IMG/VR virus record: IMGVR_UViG_3300033562_001150
Coordinates: 1-30,561 of that record
Length of the DNA stretch: 30,561 nt
Direction: 5' to 3' (one strand)
Source: a virus
Taxonomy: Duplodnaviria; Caudoviricetes
Under the pieces are notes generated by a model. It searched no databases. It worked only from the letters and a program-made list of their open reading frames with translations, and had not been told where the DNA came from. This document shows positions 1 to 8,161 of the stretch, piece after piece. Position 1 is the stretch's first letter, and every line of letters begins with the position of its first letter. The translations under genes and the position numbers were made by a program.

Positions 1-11
1 AGAGGTAAAAC

Positions 12-332
12 ATGAAATTTGATAACGCCCTAGAAGAAGAATTAGAAATAGGTGACGAAATCCTAATGGGAAAGTTTCGTAATAAGAGAGCAATTATCAA
101 AGATTTTGGATCAGATAAATATGGACAACCCACAGTTAAAACCAATAAAGGTGAGAGATCAATGTATTCTTTTAGGGTTCAAAAGATGATGAATGGTCCT
201 AGTGGAGCAGATAAATATCACGACTTTTACAGAGAAAAATTAAAAAAATATGATGTCTCTTCACCAAAAGAGTTTTCAAAGTCAGAAGCAAAGAAGTTTT
301 GGTCAGAAATCAAATCAGAGTGGAAAAAATAA
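12..332 (+). CDS. Hypothetical phage protein, possibly an internal head protein
   Basis: ORF with SD (GAGG at 2-5); N-terminus MKFDNALEE resembles a T4-like capsid-targeting leader; no recognised domain. Confidence 0.7.
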   Translation: MKFDNALEEELEIGDEILMGKFRNKRAIIKDFGSDKYGQPTVKTNKGERSMYSFRVQKMMNGPSGADKYHDFYREKLKKYDVSSPKEFSKSEAKKFWSEIKSEWKK

Positions 333-341
333 GCATATTTA
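333..341 (+). promoter_or_regulatory. GCATAWWTA motif copy (GCATATTTA), putative phage promoter -10 element
   Basis: Intergenic, 24 nt before ATG 357; one of about 10 similarly placed copies. Confidence 0.55.
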
Positions 342-356
342 ACAGAGGAAAATAAA

Positions 357-1262
357 ATGAATTTTGAAGAAATAGTAGATCAGTCTAAAGATCCAGAAAT
401 AAAGCCAAAATCTATATTTGAAACAATATTAAATGAAAATATTTCAGAATCTGTATTGGATCCTGTCAATAAAGATCTAAATCCTGCAATCTTTAATAAA
501 GAAAGGATGAAATCTTCAGTTAGGAATGCGATTATTTCAAATTTCACTAAATGGTGGACTGAAATAGGTGGAAGACAGTCGCAAATAAATTCAATTATAA
601 TGATTGGATCTTCTTCTGGATATCAATATTCAGAATCTAGTGATATTGATATAAATATTCAACTAACAGTCGATCAAGAAAGAATAGATCAAATTTGGGA
701 CATACTTCCCAATGGACATCTTTTAGATAAAACTCAACATCCAATAAATTATTATTTGACATTAGAAGATGATGGAATAAAAAATTCAGACTCTGCATAT
801 GATTTAGTTAAAGATGAATGGATTAAAAAACCACAAAAGAGTAATTACAAACCTCCATTTGATTATGGTCTTGAAATAGCAAAATTTTTTATGTATGGTA
901 TCGACAACAAGATTGCAGAGCTAGAGAGAGATCTCGGTGAAATCATAATGTATGAGGGATTTAGAGATGACAAAGAAGCAGAAAGAGATGTTAATTCTAT
1001 TAATGCTGTCCTAAGAGTCAAAGAAAATGAACTTAAAGCAGATCTAGATGCTTTAGAATTAGCACATCATCTTGCAAGATCTTTTAGACAGGAAGCATTT
1101 GAAGAAGGTTATGAATCAAGATTCTTAATAGACATAAAAACTAAAAATCCAAACGAATCGCTTAATAATATAATTTATAAAATACTAGAAAAATTTGGAT
1201 ATTTCGAGAAAATCAATAAATACAAAGATTTGTATAAGAAATATTCTAAAACGGAGAAATAA
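357..1262 (+). CDS. Pol-beta superfamily nucleotidyltransferase (large-phage family)
   Basis: GS...DxD signature IGSSSGYQYSESSDIDINI, followed by PINYY, AYDL...WIKKP and NIIYK..EKFGY. Confidence 0.75.
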   Translation: MNFEEIVDQSKDPEIKPKSIFETILNENISESVLDPVNKDLNPAIFNKERMKSSVRNAIISNFTKWWTEIGGRQSQINSIIMIGSSSGYQYSESSDIDINIQLTVDQERIDQIWDILPNGHLLDKTQHPINYYLTLEDDGIKNSDSAYDLVKDEWIKKPQKSNYKPPFDYGLEIAKFFMYGIDNKIAELERDLGEIIMYEGFRDDKEAERDVNSINAVLRVKENELKADLDALELAHHLARSFRQEAFEEGYESRFLIDIKTKNPNESLNNIIYKILEKFGYFEKINKYKDLYKKYSKTEK

Positions 1263-1263
1263 T

Positions 1264-1569
1264 ATGAAAGAAATGTCTATGAGAGACTATGTTGATTCCA
1301 TAATGAAAGAACCATTATCAATTCCGATATTTCAAATCGACCAGCAAATTGACATTGATCAAATGATTAATTCAGTTAATTTGATCAATGATTTTATAGA
1401 AGAACAAAAGAGAGAAATGAAGGATGTACAGAGTTTTCTGGAAAATTCTAAAAGAGTTTTAAAAGACATGAAAGACATAGATATAGAAGATTTATCTTCT
1501 GGAGAGATTGAAAAATTAAAGAAAATCATAGATTTAATCAATGAATACTCAAGTAAGATAAACACATAA
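1264..1569 (+). CDS. Hypothetical coiled-coil protein
   Basis: Start re-called at ATG 1264 (GGAG at 1253); the track start at 1195 overlaps the upstream gene. Confidence 0.65.
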   Translation: MKEMSMRDYVDSIMKEPLSIPIFQIDQQIDIDQMINSVNLINDFIEEQKREMKDVQSFLENSKRVLKDMKDIDIEDLSSGEIEKLKKIIDLINEYSSKINT

Positions 1570-1575
1570 GAATAT

Positions 1576-1584
1576 GCATATATA
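1576..1584 (+). promoter_or_regulatory. GCATAWWTA motif copy (GCATATATA)
   Basis: Intergenic, 38 nt before ATG 1614. Confidence 0.55.
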
Positions 1585-1613
1585 TTAATATAAGATGATC
1601 ATTGGAGAATAAT

Positions 1614-2369
1614 ATGAAAACTATTAGTAGTTATGAAAATAAAATATGCAGATTAGAATGCGCGTGTTGCGCCGAAGATCACTATGCAGACTTTAGCATG
1701 CCCACAAAAAGATACTTATTAGAAGATGGAGTTGTATATATCAAGTTTAAGACTTCATTATATTCTTTTAAAGACAGAATTAGAATTGCGCATGATTTAA
1801 GTAAAGACTGGAAGAATTTAAAAGAATGCAAAACTTCATTCAATGGTGTGATAGTAGAATATTCTCAACTTTCAGAGTTATATTCTACTTTATTGTTAGA
1901 ATATCAGCAAAATGATATTCTAAAGCCTGAAGATATAATAACACTGAATAAAATAAAGTTTATGAGATCTTCGGATCAATACAAAAATGATCCAACTAGA
2001 AGATATTCATTGTTCACCTCTAAGGGTGGATTGATGATTCAATGTGATATAGGCAGATCTTCTAAAGATAAAAAACATTATGTAGATTTTGAAAATAAAG
2101 AAAATAAATTAATAATACAAAATATAGATATTGGCTATGCTATTCCAGAGTTATTATCTAAATGGGAGATATTCAAAAGACAAATAAAATTTATTTTTAG
2201 TAATACTATACATCATAGAATATTTTATGAATATGAATTAAGTCTATCAAAGGAAGAATTAGTTCAATTTATGAATATACTATTATGGATAATGAATAAT
2301 TATTCAGAGAAAGAAGATGGCGGGGGAGACTACGAGATCAAAGATGAATCTGTAGTGGAATGGTGCTAA
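1614..2369 (+). CDS. Hypothetical protein with an internal domain duplication
   Basis: Start re-called at ATG 1614 (GGAG at 1604); the two halves share C..HYxDF motifs (ECACCAEDHYADF and QCD...KKHYVDF). Confidence 0.7.
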   Translation: MKTISSYENKICRLECACCAEDHYADFSMPTKRYLLEDGVVYIKFKTSLYSFKDRIRIAHDLSKDWKNLKECKTSFNGVIVEYSQLSELYSTLLLEYQQNDILKPEDIITLNKIKFMRSSDQYKNDPTRRYSLFTSKGGLMIQCDIGRSSKDKKHYVDFENKENKLIIQNIDIGYAIPELLSKWEIFKRQIKFIFSNTIHHRIFYEYELSLSKEELVQFMNILLWIMNNYSEKEDGGGDYEIKDESVVEWC

Positions 2370-2641
2370 TCATGCAAATAATGTTGTCCGGAATAAATAA
2401 TGTTCAAGTTAGAATGTCGGGAAGAATAACCGAAATAGATTATCAATGGTTTATAAAGCCAATTATTTCACTTTTCAATCACTTCCAGAATAATAATGAA
2501 TATTTTGACAGGTTATTTGAAGCTCTATATAGATTACAAAATTGGGCAAAAGAAAAACATGTTGAGTTTAAATTGAAAGCAAACAACTTGTTTAAATCAA
2601 CATATTATTTTTTTTGTAAGTCTAGAGAAAATGATAAATAA
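2360..2641 (+). CDS. Hypothetical protein, weak resemblance to SiaC/DUF1987 regulatory proteins
   Basis: VRMSGRITEIDYQWFIKPIISLF pattern; overlaps the start of the PAS sensor gene; alternative start at 2372. Confidence 0.55.
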   Translation: MVLIMQIMLSGINNVQVRMSGRITEIDYQWFIKPIISLFNHFQNNNEYFDRLFEALYRLQNWAKEKHVEFKLKANNLFKSTYYFFCKSRENDK

Positions 2642-4475
2642 AAATGTTTTTAAATCTGCGAGTTTAGTTATACTTTTAACTGTTTTTATACTAGTGGTTT
2701 TTGCTTCTATAGAAGCTATAACAGAAAATACTGGAAATTTTTTTGAAGAATTTTCTCATGTCATACTTATATCAGCACTATATGAAACTGTAGTGTTGTT
2801 GTTGATAAACACAATATTGATCAGTGTATACAACATTACGCAGAACAAAAAACAAAAAGAAAAAAATAAATTACAATCGAATATCAATACTCTATTTAAA
2901 GAATTTTCAATTGTATTCTTTGATATTGATAAAGATTATATAGTTTCGAATGTAAGATCTTCGGAAAAAACAAATAGCACAGTCAGGTCTATCATAACAG
3001 AAGGTGTTAGATCATCTAGTACAGAAATTAATAACTATATTGATATTACTAAAAAAAAGAGAGAAAAACAATCTTCTATGATTGTAGTGAATGATACATT
3101 AATAAAGTATTATTATAGTATAATAGTCGATCCAATTTATAGAGGGAAAGAGTATCTAGGATCTTCTTGTGTTTTAGTGGATATATCTGAACAGAAATCT
3201 ATTATAAAAAGATTGAAAGACAGCGAAAAAAGATTATCAGACTATATAAATAATATTCCAGACATAATAATAGAATTTAATTTAAATGGAGACATTCTTT
3301 ATATTAATAAATCTGCAACTAATAAGATGGGATATTCAGATCACAATTTACCGAATGTATTTGATATAATAAGACCAGATCAATTGGATTTTGCTAAGAA
3401 TAGATTAAAAAAAATATTAAATGAGTTTGAAAAAAATTTATCTGCTTCCGAAGAAATAAGTAGTGAGTATGCAATTAAAGATGCAAATGAAGAATTTATT
3501 TATTTTAATGTTACAACAACTGTAAGAAGAAACGAATTCGGAACTTTATCATTTTTGTCTTCATTGTCACATATATCTGCAATTAAAGAACAGAAAATTT
3601 CTCTAGAAAATCAATTGACTTTTGAAAAAATAATTTCTTCTATAAATAGAGATTTTTCAAATCAAGATACTTCTTCTATACATCATTCTCTAAAAACATT
3701 TTCAGAATATCTAGAACTAGATATGATATATATATTTACTTTAGACAAAGAAGAAAATGAAATATCTGTATATAACAAATATATTAGAAATAAAAATAAT
3801 AAAATAAAAACTCAAGAAGATAATAGTGCTTTGATGAAAGCAATCTATAAACTAGCTATAGCAAAAAATTATTCTTATATTGACAAAAATAGTGAGATTG
3901 ATTTAAAACTCAAGCAATTTTTATTTGAAAAATTAAATATGAAATTTATAATGAATCATAAAATATCTAATGATCACTATGATATTATGATATCATATTT
4001 AAGTCATTCTAGAGAAAAGATTCTTGAATCATTAGATATGTCTGCATTTGAAATATATACAGATATGCTTCTGAATGTCATATCTAAAAATCTTTTTCTT
4101 AAAAAGGTCGGAGAGCAAAAAGAAACATTAGACGTGATATTGTTTGGATCAATAATGGGAGTTTTAATTTATAGAGATAAAGAAATAATCTATATAAATA
4201 AGACTAGTTGTGATATTCTTGAAGTAATAGAAGATGATATTTTGAATAAAAATATTAATTATTTGTTACAATTAATACCAGATTTATATAAATACAAGAA
4301 TGATTTTATCAAAAATATGAAATCAGAGAAAAAATATAGGGGAAAAATGATAGTTGATATAAATAACAAGAGAAAAATAATTATATGTGAAGCAAAGCCT
4401 GTAAGCTCTGGAGATAATGAGTCGATATTAATAACATTCTTTGATGTCAATATGTTGGACAGTGACGAAAACTGA
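2631..4475 (+). CDS. Membrane-anchored PAS/GAF/PAS sensor-like protein with no output domain
   Basis: Two N-terminal hydrophobic helices; PAS motifs IPDIIIEFNLNGDILYINKSA..MGYS and GVLIYRDKEIIYINK; GAF-like FEKIISSI...DMIYIF; ends shortly after the PAS-terminal ITFFDV. Confidence 0.75.
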   Translation: MINKNVFKSASLVILLTVFILVVFASIEAITENTGNFFEEFSHVILISALYETVVLLLINTILISVYNITQNKKQKEKNKLQSNINTLFKEFSIVFFDIDKDYIVSNVRSSEKTNSTVRSIITEGVRSSSTEINNYIDITKKKREKQSSMIVVNDTLIKYYYSIIVDPIYRGKEYLGSSCVLVDISEQKSIIKRLKDSEKRLSDYINNIPDIIIEFNLNGDILYINKSATNKMGYSDHNLPNVFDIIRPDQLDFAKNRLKKILNEFEKNLSASEEISSEYAIKDANEEFIYFNVTTTVRRNEFGTLSFLSSLSHISAIKEQKISLENQLTFEKIISSINRDFSNQDTSSIHHSLKTFSEYLELDMIYIFTLDKEENEISVYNKYIRNKNNKIKTQEDNSALMKAIYKLAIAKNYSYIDKNSEIDLKLKQFLFEKLNMKFIMNHKISNDHYDIMISYLSHSREKILESLDMSAFEIYTDMLLNVISKNLFLKKVGEQKETLDVILFGSIMGVLIYRDKEIIYINKTSCDILEVIEDDILNKNINYLLQLIPDLYKYKNDFIKNMKSEKKYRGKMIVDINNKRKIIICEAKPVSSGDNESILITFFDVNMLDSDEN

Positions 4476-4486
4476 GGTATTCATTA

Positions 4487-4495
4487 GCATAATTA
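4487..4495 (+). promoter_or_regulatory. GCATAWWTA motif copy (GCATAATTA)
   Basis: Intergenic, 30 nt before ATG 4517. Confidence 0.5.
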
Positions 4496-4516
4496 TATTA
4501 AAAAGGAGCGTAGTAA

Positions 4517-4831
4517 ATGCCAACATATGAATATGAATGTAACTCTTGTCAAAGTATTCAAGAAGTCCATCACGGAATGATGGAAACACCAGAAATAAAA
4601 TGTGAAAAATGTGGAAAATCTACCAGAAAAATCATAAGTGGTGGTACGGGGGTGATATTCGCGAACGGAAGTGGAACTAGAAACAATACTTGGAAACAGA
4701 GACATGGACACAAAAAAGGATCAGAAGCTACAACCCCATCAGAATCAGCACAAATGAAAGCAAATCAAGTCCTTCATGAAGAAAAATTCGCAGAAGCCAA
4801 AAAATCAGATCCATACGCAGAACACCGCTAA
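4517..4831 (+). CDS. FmdB-family zinc-ribbon regulatory protein
   Basis: MPTYEYECNSC...CEKCG...RKIIS...F.NGSG is the typical FmdB pattern; SD AAGGAG. Confidence 0.85.
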   Translation: MPTYEYECNSCQSIQEVHHGMMETPEIKCEKCGKSTRKIISGGTGVIFANGSGTRNNTWKQRHGHKKGSEATTPSESAQMKANQVLHEEKFAEAKKSDPYAEHR

Positions 4832-4846
4832 TTTAATCACCAAAAA

Positions 4847-4855
4847 GCATATTTA
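4847..4855 (+). promoter_or_regulatory. GCATAWWTA motif copy (GCATATTTA)
   Basis: Intergenic, 45 nt before the primase ATG 4892. Confidence 0.55.
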
Positions 4856-4891
4856 AACATGTACTTTTAAGTATATAAAAGGAATGCACAT

Positions 4892-6037
4892 ATGGGATTA
4901 AAGTATCCAAGAGAAGTAATTCTAGCATACATTGAAAAATACATTACAACAGATTGGAGTGAAAATCAAGAGTGGATTAATGTCGACTCTATTTTTACAT
5001 CAGATAATAAAAAAAGGTTGGGATTTAATGTCGAAAAAGGATTTGTGAATGACTTCAAAATGGGACAGAATTGGACTTTAGAATCATTTATTGCAGAACA
5101 TCAAGATGTTCCGGAAGCTGCTGCAAGAACTATTTTAATGAGAATGATGATAGAGCTCAAGAAGAGTGGAGTAATAAAATCGATTAAATTAACAGAAGAA
5201 AAACATGTTCGTGAAGAAGCTGTAGAATTAGATAGAATGCAAAAGCATCAGGTTCCTCCATTTACATCATTTAATGATATGGGAAGCATATTAAGAAGAA
5301 GAGCGATAAAATTTCTAGAAAAAAGAAAAATATCAGAAAAACATATTAAAAAATTTAGATTAACGTTTGTTGATCAGCAACATTGCTGGAACTGTGATGG
5401 AGAAGATGAAGACTGCCCTGTTTGTAAAGGTCAAGGATACAATCCATATTATGGAAGAATTATAATTCCAACATACGAAAATGAGAATCTTGTATTTTTT
5501 CAAGCAAGAGATTTTATGGGAAAAGAATTAAGATATAGAAATCCAGAAATGCAAAAAAAATATGTAGTTCCATTTTATGATCAATTAGAATCTGAGTCTC
5601 GAATAGTTGTTGTTGAAGGTCCGTTTGATGCAATGACACTAGTCGATGAGAATGTTACATGTATGATGGGCCCAAATCTATCTATTCCACAGGCTTTGAA
5701 AATTTTTCAGAAGAAGCCCAAAGAAATAATATTTGCACCAGACTATGATGACAAGCCAGAAACAAGACAGAGAATACAGTCTGCAATGAGAAAAAACATA
5801 GAAAAGATCATGGCACTATCGAATAATACAGTTCCAGTTTATATATACGAGTGGTATAGAATTCCAGAAGTCAAACAGAGATTGTTGGATCAAATGAAAT
5901 TTGGTGATCGATATGATAAATCTGAAATAAAAAAAGATTTAAATGATTTTAATATTTCTACTATTCAAGAGACATATTTAAAGAATGTATCAGATAAATT
6001 CTCTATGATTAAAGAAAAGCTAGGAGCTATTAAGTGA
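4892..6037 (+). CDS. DNA primase (T4 gp61/DnaG-like, TOPRIM)
   Basis: RIIIP, FFQAR, RYRNP, VVEGPFDA, APDYD and KDLND motifs; overlaps the helicase start. Confidence 0.9.
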   Translation: MGLKYPREVILAYIEKYITTDWSENQEWINVDSIFTSDNKKRLGFNVEKGFVNDFKMGQNWTLESFIAEHQDVPEAAARTILMRMMIELKKSGVIKSIKLTEEKHVREEAVELDRMQKHQVPPFTSFNDMGSILRRRAIKFLEKRKISEKHIKKFRLTFVDQQHCWNCDGEDEDCPVCKGQGYNPYYGRIIIPTYENENLVFFQARDFMGKELRYRNPEMQKKYVVPFYDQLESESRIVVVEGPFDAMTLVDENVTCMMGPNLSIPQALKIFQKKPKEIIFAPDYDDKPETRQRIQSAMRKNIEKIMALSNNTVPVYIYEWYRIPEVKQRLLDQMKFGDRYDKSEIKKDLNDFNISTIQETYLKNVSDKFSMIKEKLGAIK

Positions 6038-6747
6038 GTGACAGTTTAGAAAAAAACATGATTGGAAGCATTCATCTTGGAGATCTAGAAATAGATATTT
6101 TCAAGTATTGTAATGCAGATAGACCCTTTATGATAAAAATGATTCAAAATTTAAAACCAGAATATTTTGAATCAATGTTGAATGCAAAGATTTTCCGATG
6201 TTATAAAGAGTGTTTCGATAAGTATAATAAAACACCAACAGAAAAGATTTTAAATCTCATGTTGCAAAACATGGGAGAACAGCAGAACATGATCGATATG
6301 ATCACTAGAAAAATATATTCAGCAGCAATACAAGTAGATAATGCAGAAAGAGAATACATAACGAAAGAAGTTGTTACTTTTGCTAAGAGAGCTAGAATGA
6401 TAGATGCTATTGGTCAATCATTAGAATTAATTGATAAAAATGATTTTGAAAAAATTGTACAAATAACAAAAGAAGCTCTCTTATTCAATTTAGACATTCA
6501 ATCTGGATATGATCTATATGATGTTGATACAAGATATAGAAATCTTCTAGAAAGCACAATGAATGTTATTCCCACTGGATACTCTCAGATTGATAGTGTT
6601 CTTTATGGTGGATGGAGAAAAAAGGAGCTCTATTGTGTAATGGGACCTCCAGGATTTGGTAAATGTCAGTATTTCGATAATTTTATTGATATTGAAATAG
6701 ACGATGAAGATCCCGAATTTGAAAAAATTAAACATTTATTGATATAA
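6034..6747 (+). CDS. Replicative helicase (gp41/DnaB-like) N-terminal half fused to the split-intein N fragment
   Basis: IPTGYSQIDSVLYGG and Walker A GPPGFGK, immediately followed by Cys and 26 non-helicase residues, then a stop. Confidence 0.92.
   Translation: MSDSLEKNMIGSIHLGDLEIDIFKYCNADRPFMIKMIQNLKPEYFESMLNAKIFRCYKECFDKYNKTPTEKILNLMLQNMGEQQNMIDMITRKIYSAAIQVDNAEREYITKEVVTFAKRARMIDAIGQSLELIDKNDFEKIVQITKEALLFNLDIQSGYDLYDVDTRYRNLLESTMNVIPTGYSQIDSVLYGGWRKKELYCVMGPPGFGKCQYFDNFIDIEIDDEDPEFEKIKHLLI
6664..6744 (+). other. Split intein N fragment (IntN, 27 aa: CQYFDNFIDIEIDDEDPEFEKIKHLLI)
   Basis: Cys1 directly after the P-loop Lys; block-A-like pattern; acidic tail. Confidence 0.85.
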
Positions 6748-6751
6748 TCCT

Positions 6752-6796
6752 ACTCTTAGTGGAAAGATAATTGTATATATTTCTTTTACGAGGAGT
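6752..6796 (+). promoter_or_regulatory. Putative SD-sequestering hairpin with a promoter-like motif in its loop
   Basis: ACTCTT (6752-57) can pair with AGGAGT (6791-96) and AAAGA with TCTTT; the loop holds GTATATATT (6773-81), a variant of the GCATAWWTA motif. Confidence 0.45.
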
Positions 6797-6801
6797 TCAT
6801 A

Positions 6802-7767
6802 GTGGCTAGAAAACCCGTCGAACAAAAATGTATCATTTGTGATATTAATTTTAGTAGTTCAGTATTAAAGAAGACATGTTCTAAAAAATGTGCAAATGAA
6901 TATCGCTCGCAAAAATCTTTAGAACGATATAAAGATCATACGAAGATAGTTGCTTGTAAATTTTGTGAAAAAAAATTTAAGACTAAAATTTCTTATATAT
7001 TAAAGTTTTGTTCTAAAGAATGCTATGATAATTGGCAAAAAGTCGATGGAGAAGAACAAAACAAAATAAGAGAAAAAATTTCAAATACGCTTTCAGGTGT
7101 TTCTTTAAGAGACAGAGGATATAGTAAAGAATCTATAGATGCTTGGAAAAACGCAGGACAAAAAGCTAGTATTGAAAAATGTAAAGGTAAGAAATTCGAA
7201 GATTATATGACTATAGAAAAAGCTCAAATGTTGCGAAAACATTATTCGGAAAGCAGAATCGGGAATAAAAATAGTTTTTATAATAAACATCATTCTATAG
7301 AATCAAAAAATAAAATTGTTAAAAATAGAAAAAAGGAAGGATATATTTATTTGAGTGGATATTTCAATAAAATATATTGGCAAAGTAGTTATGAACTTGC
7401 ATATATAATTTATTGTTATGAAAACGATTTAAATGTAAGAAGATACGATTTAAATCCTATAGAATATACATATTTGGGGAAAAAGCATCATTATTATCCC
7501 GATTTTATCTTAAATGATAATGTTATTGAATGTAAGGGATTCAGGAATGGACAAATAAATGCTAAAATAAAAGCGGGTTATTTCGAATTTAAAGAAAAAT
7601 ATATAGTATTAGAATCGAAAGAAATAAAAAATTTGGGATTTTCTATTCCAAAGAAAAATATAGAAGAATGGTATATAGAAATGATAAAAAAATATAATGA
7701 TTTAATTAAAATAAATTACACGCCATATAAAAAAATAAAGGAGTATTTAATTGAAAATCAGAGCTAA
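6802..7767 (+). CDS. Free-standing homing endonuclease (two Cys-rich repeats + NUMOD3 + PD-(D/E)xK/TnsA-N-like nuclease)
   Basis: CIIC..F..TCSKKC and CKFC..F..FCSKEC repeats; GNKNSFYNKHHSIESKNKI (NUMOD3); SSYE...YYPDF...IECKG; GTG start with SD GAGGAG. Confidence 0.85.
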   Translation: MARKPVEQKCIICDINFSSSVLKKTCSKKCANEYRSQKSLERYKDHTKIVACKFCEKKFKTKISYILKFCSKECYDNWQKVDGEEQNKIREKISNTLSGVSLRDRGYSKESIDAWKNAGQKASIEKCKGKKFEDYMTIEKAQMLRKHYSESRIGNKNSFYNKHHSIESKNKIVKNRKKEGYIYLSGYFNKIYWQSSYELAYIIYCYENDLNVRRYDLNPIEYTYLGKKHHYYPDFILNDNVIECKGFRNGQINAKIKAGYFEFKEKYIVLESKEIKNLGFSIPKKNIEEWYIEMIKKYNDLIKINYTPYKKIKEYLIENQS

Positions 7768-8161
7768 AGTTAAAATTGGTGATTTGATCGAAGCTTTAGG
7801 TTGTAATGATTCTGGACAGGAAAAGATAGCGCCTAAGACTTTAAAAATTAATACTCCCGATGGATACAAAAAAATTCAAGCACTTAGAAAAACTCAATTG
7901 AATCCTGAATGGAAGATTAATACTTTAGATTTTGAAGCTATAGTTGCAGACAAACATAAAGTAGAAACAAAAAATGGTACGTTTAGTGATAATAGATATT
8001 GGAAAAATACAGATGAATTAAGCATTGGTGAAGAGATATTTACAGAAAATGGTTGGCAACAAATAAAAGAAATACAATATTTGAATAAAGAATCTTATAT
8101 GTATGATTTTCAGGTAGAAGATTGTCATAGTTATTATGCGAATGGAATCCATGGACATAAT
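7751..8161 (+). other. Split intein C fragment (IntC, 137 aa)
   Basis: INTPDGYKKI, block B-like IVADKH, block F MYDFQVEDCHSYYANG, block G HN followed by Ser+1. Confidence 0.9.

Larger units (their letters stand above)
6664..8161 (+). mobile_element. Fractured-gene element: IntN + free-standing homing endonuclease + IntC
   Basis: Removing 6664-8161 restores the in-frame helicase junction GPPGFGK|SIFLPNFG. Confidence 0.85.

Noticed and set aside
6664-8161. Helicase pseudogene or group I intron interpretation
   Set aside because: Intein Cys1, block F and HN|S termini restore the P-loop exactly, the C-half has its own SD and start, and the only non-coding part is 54 nt, too short for a ribozyme core.
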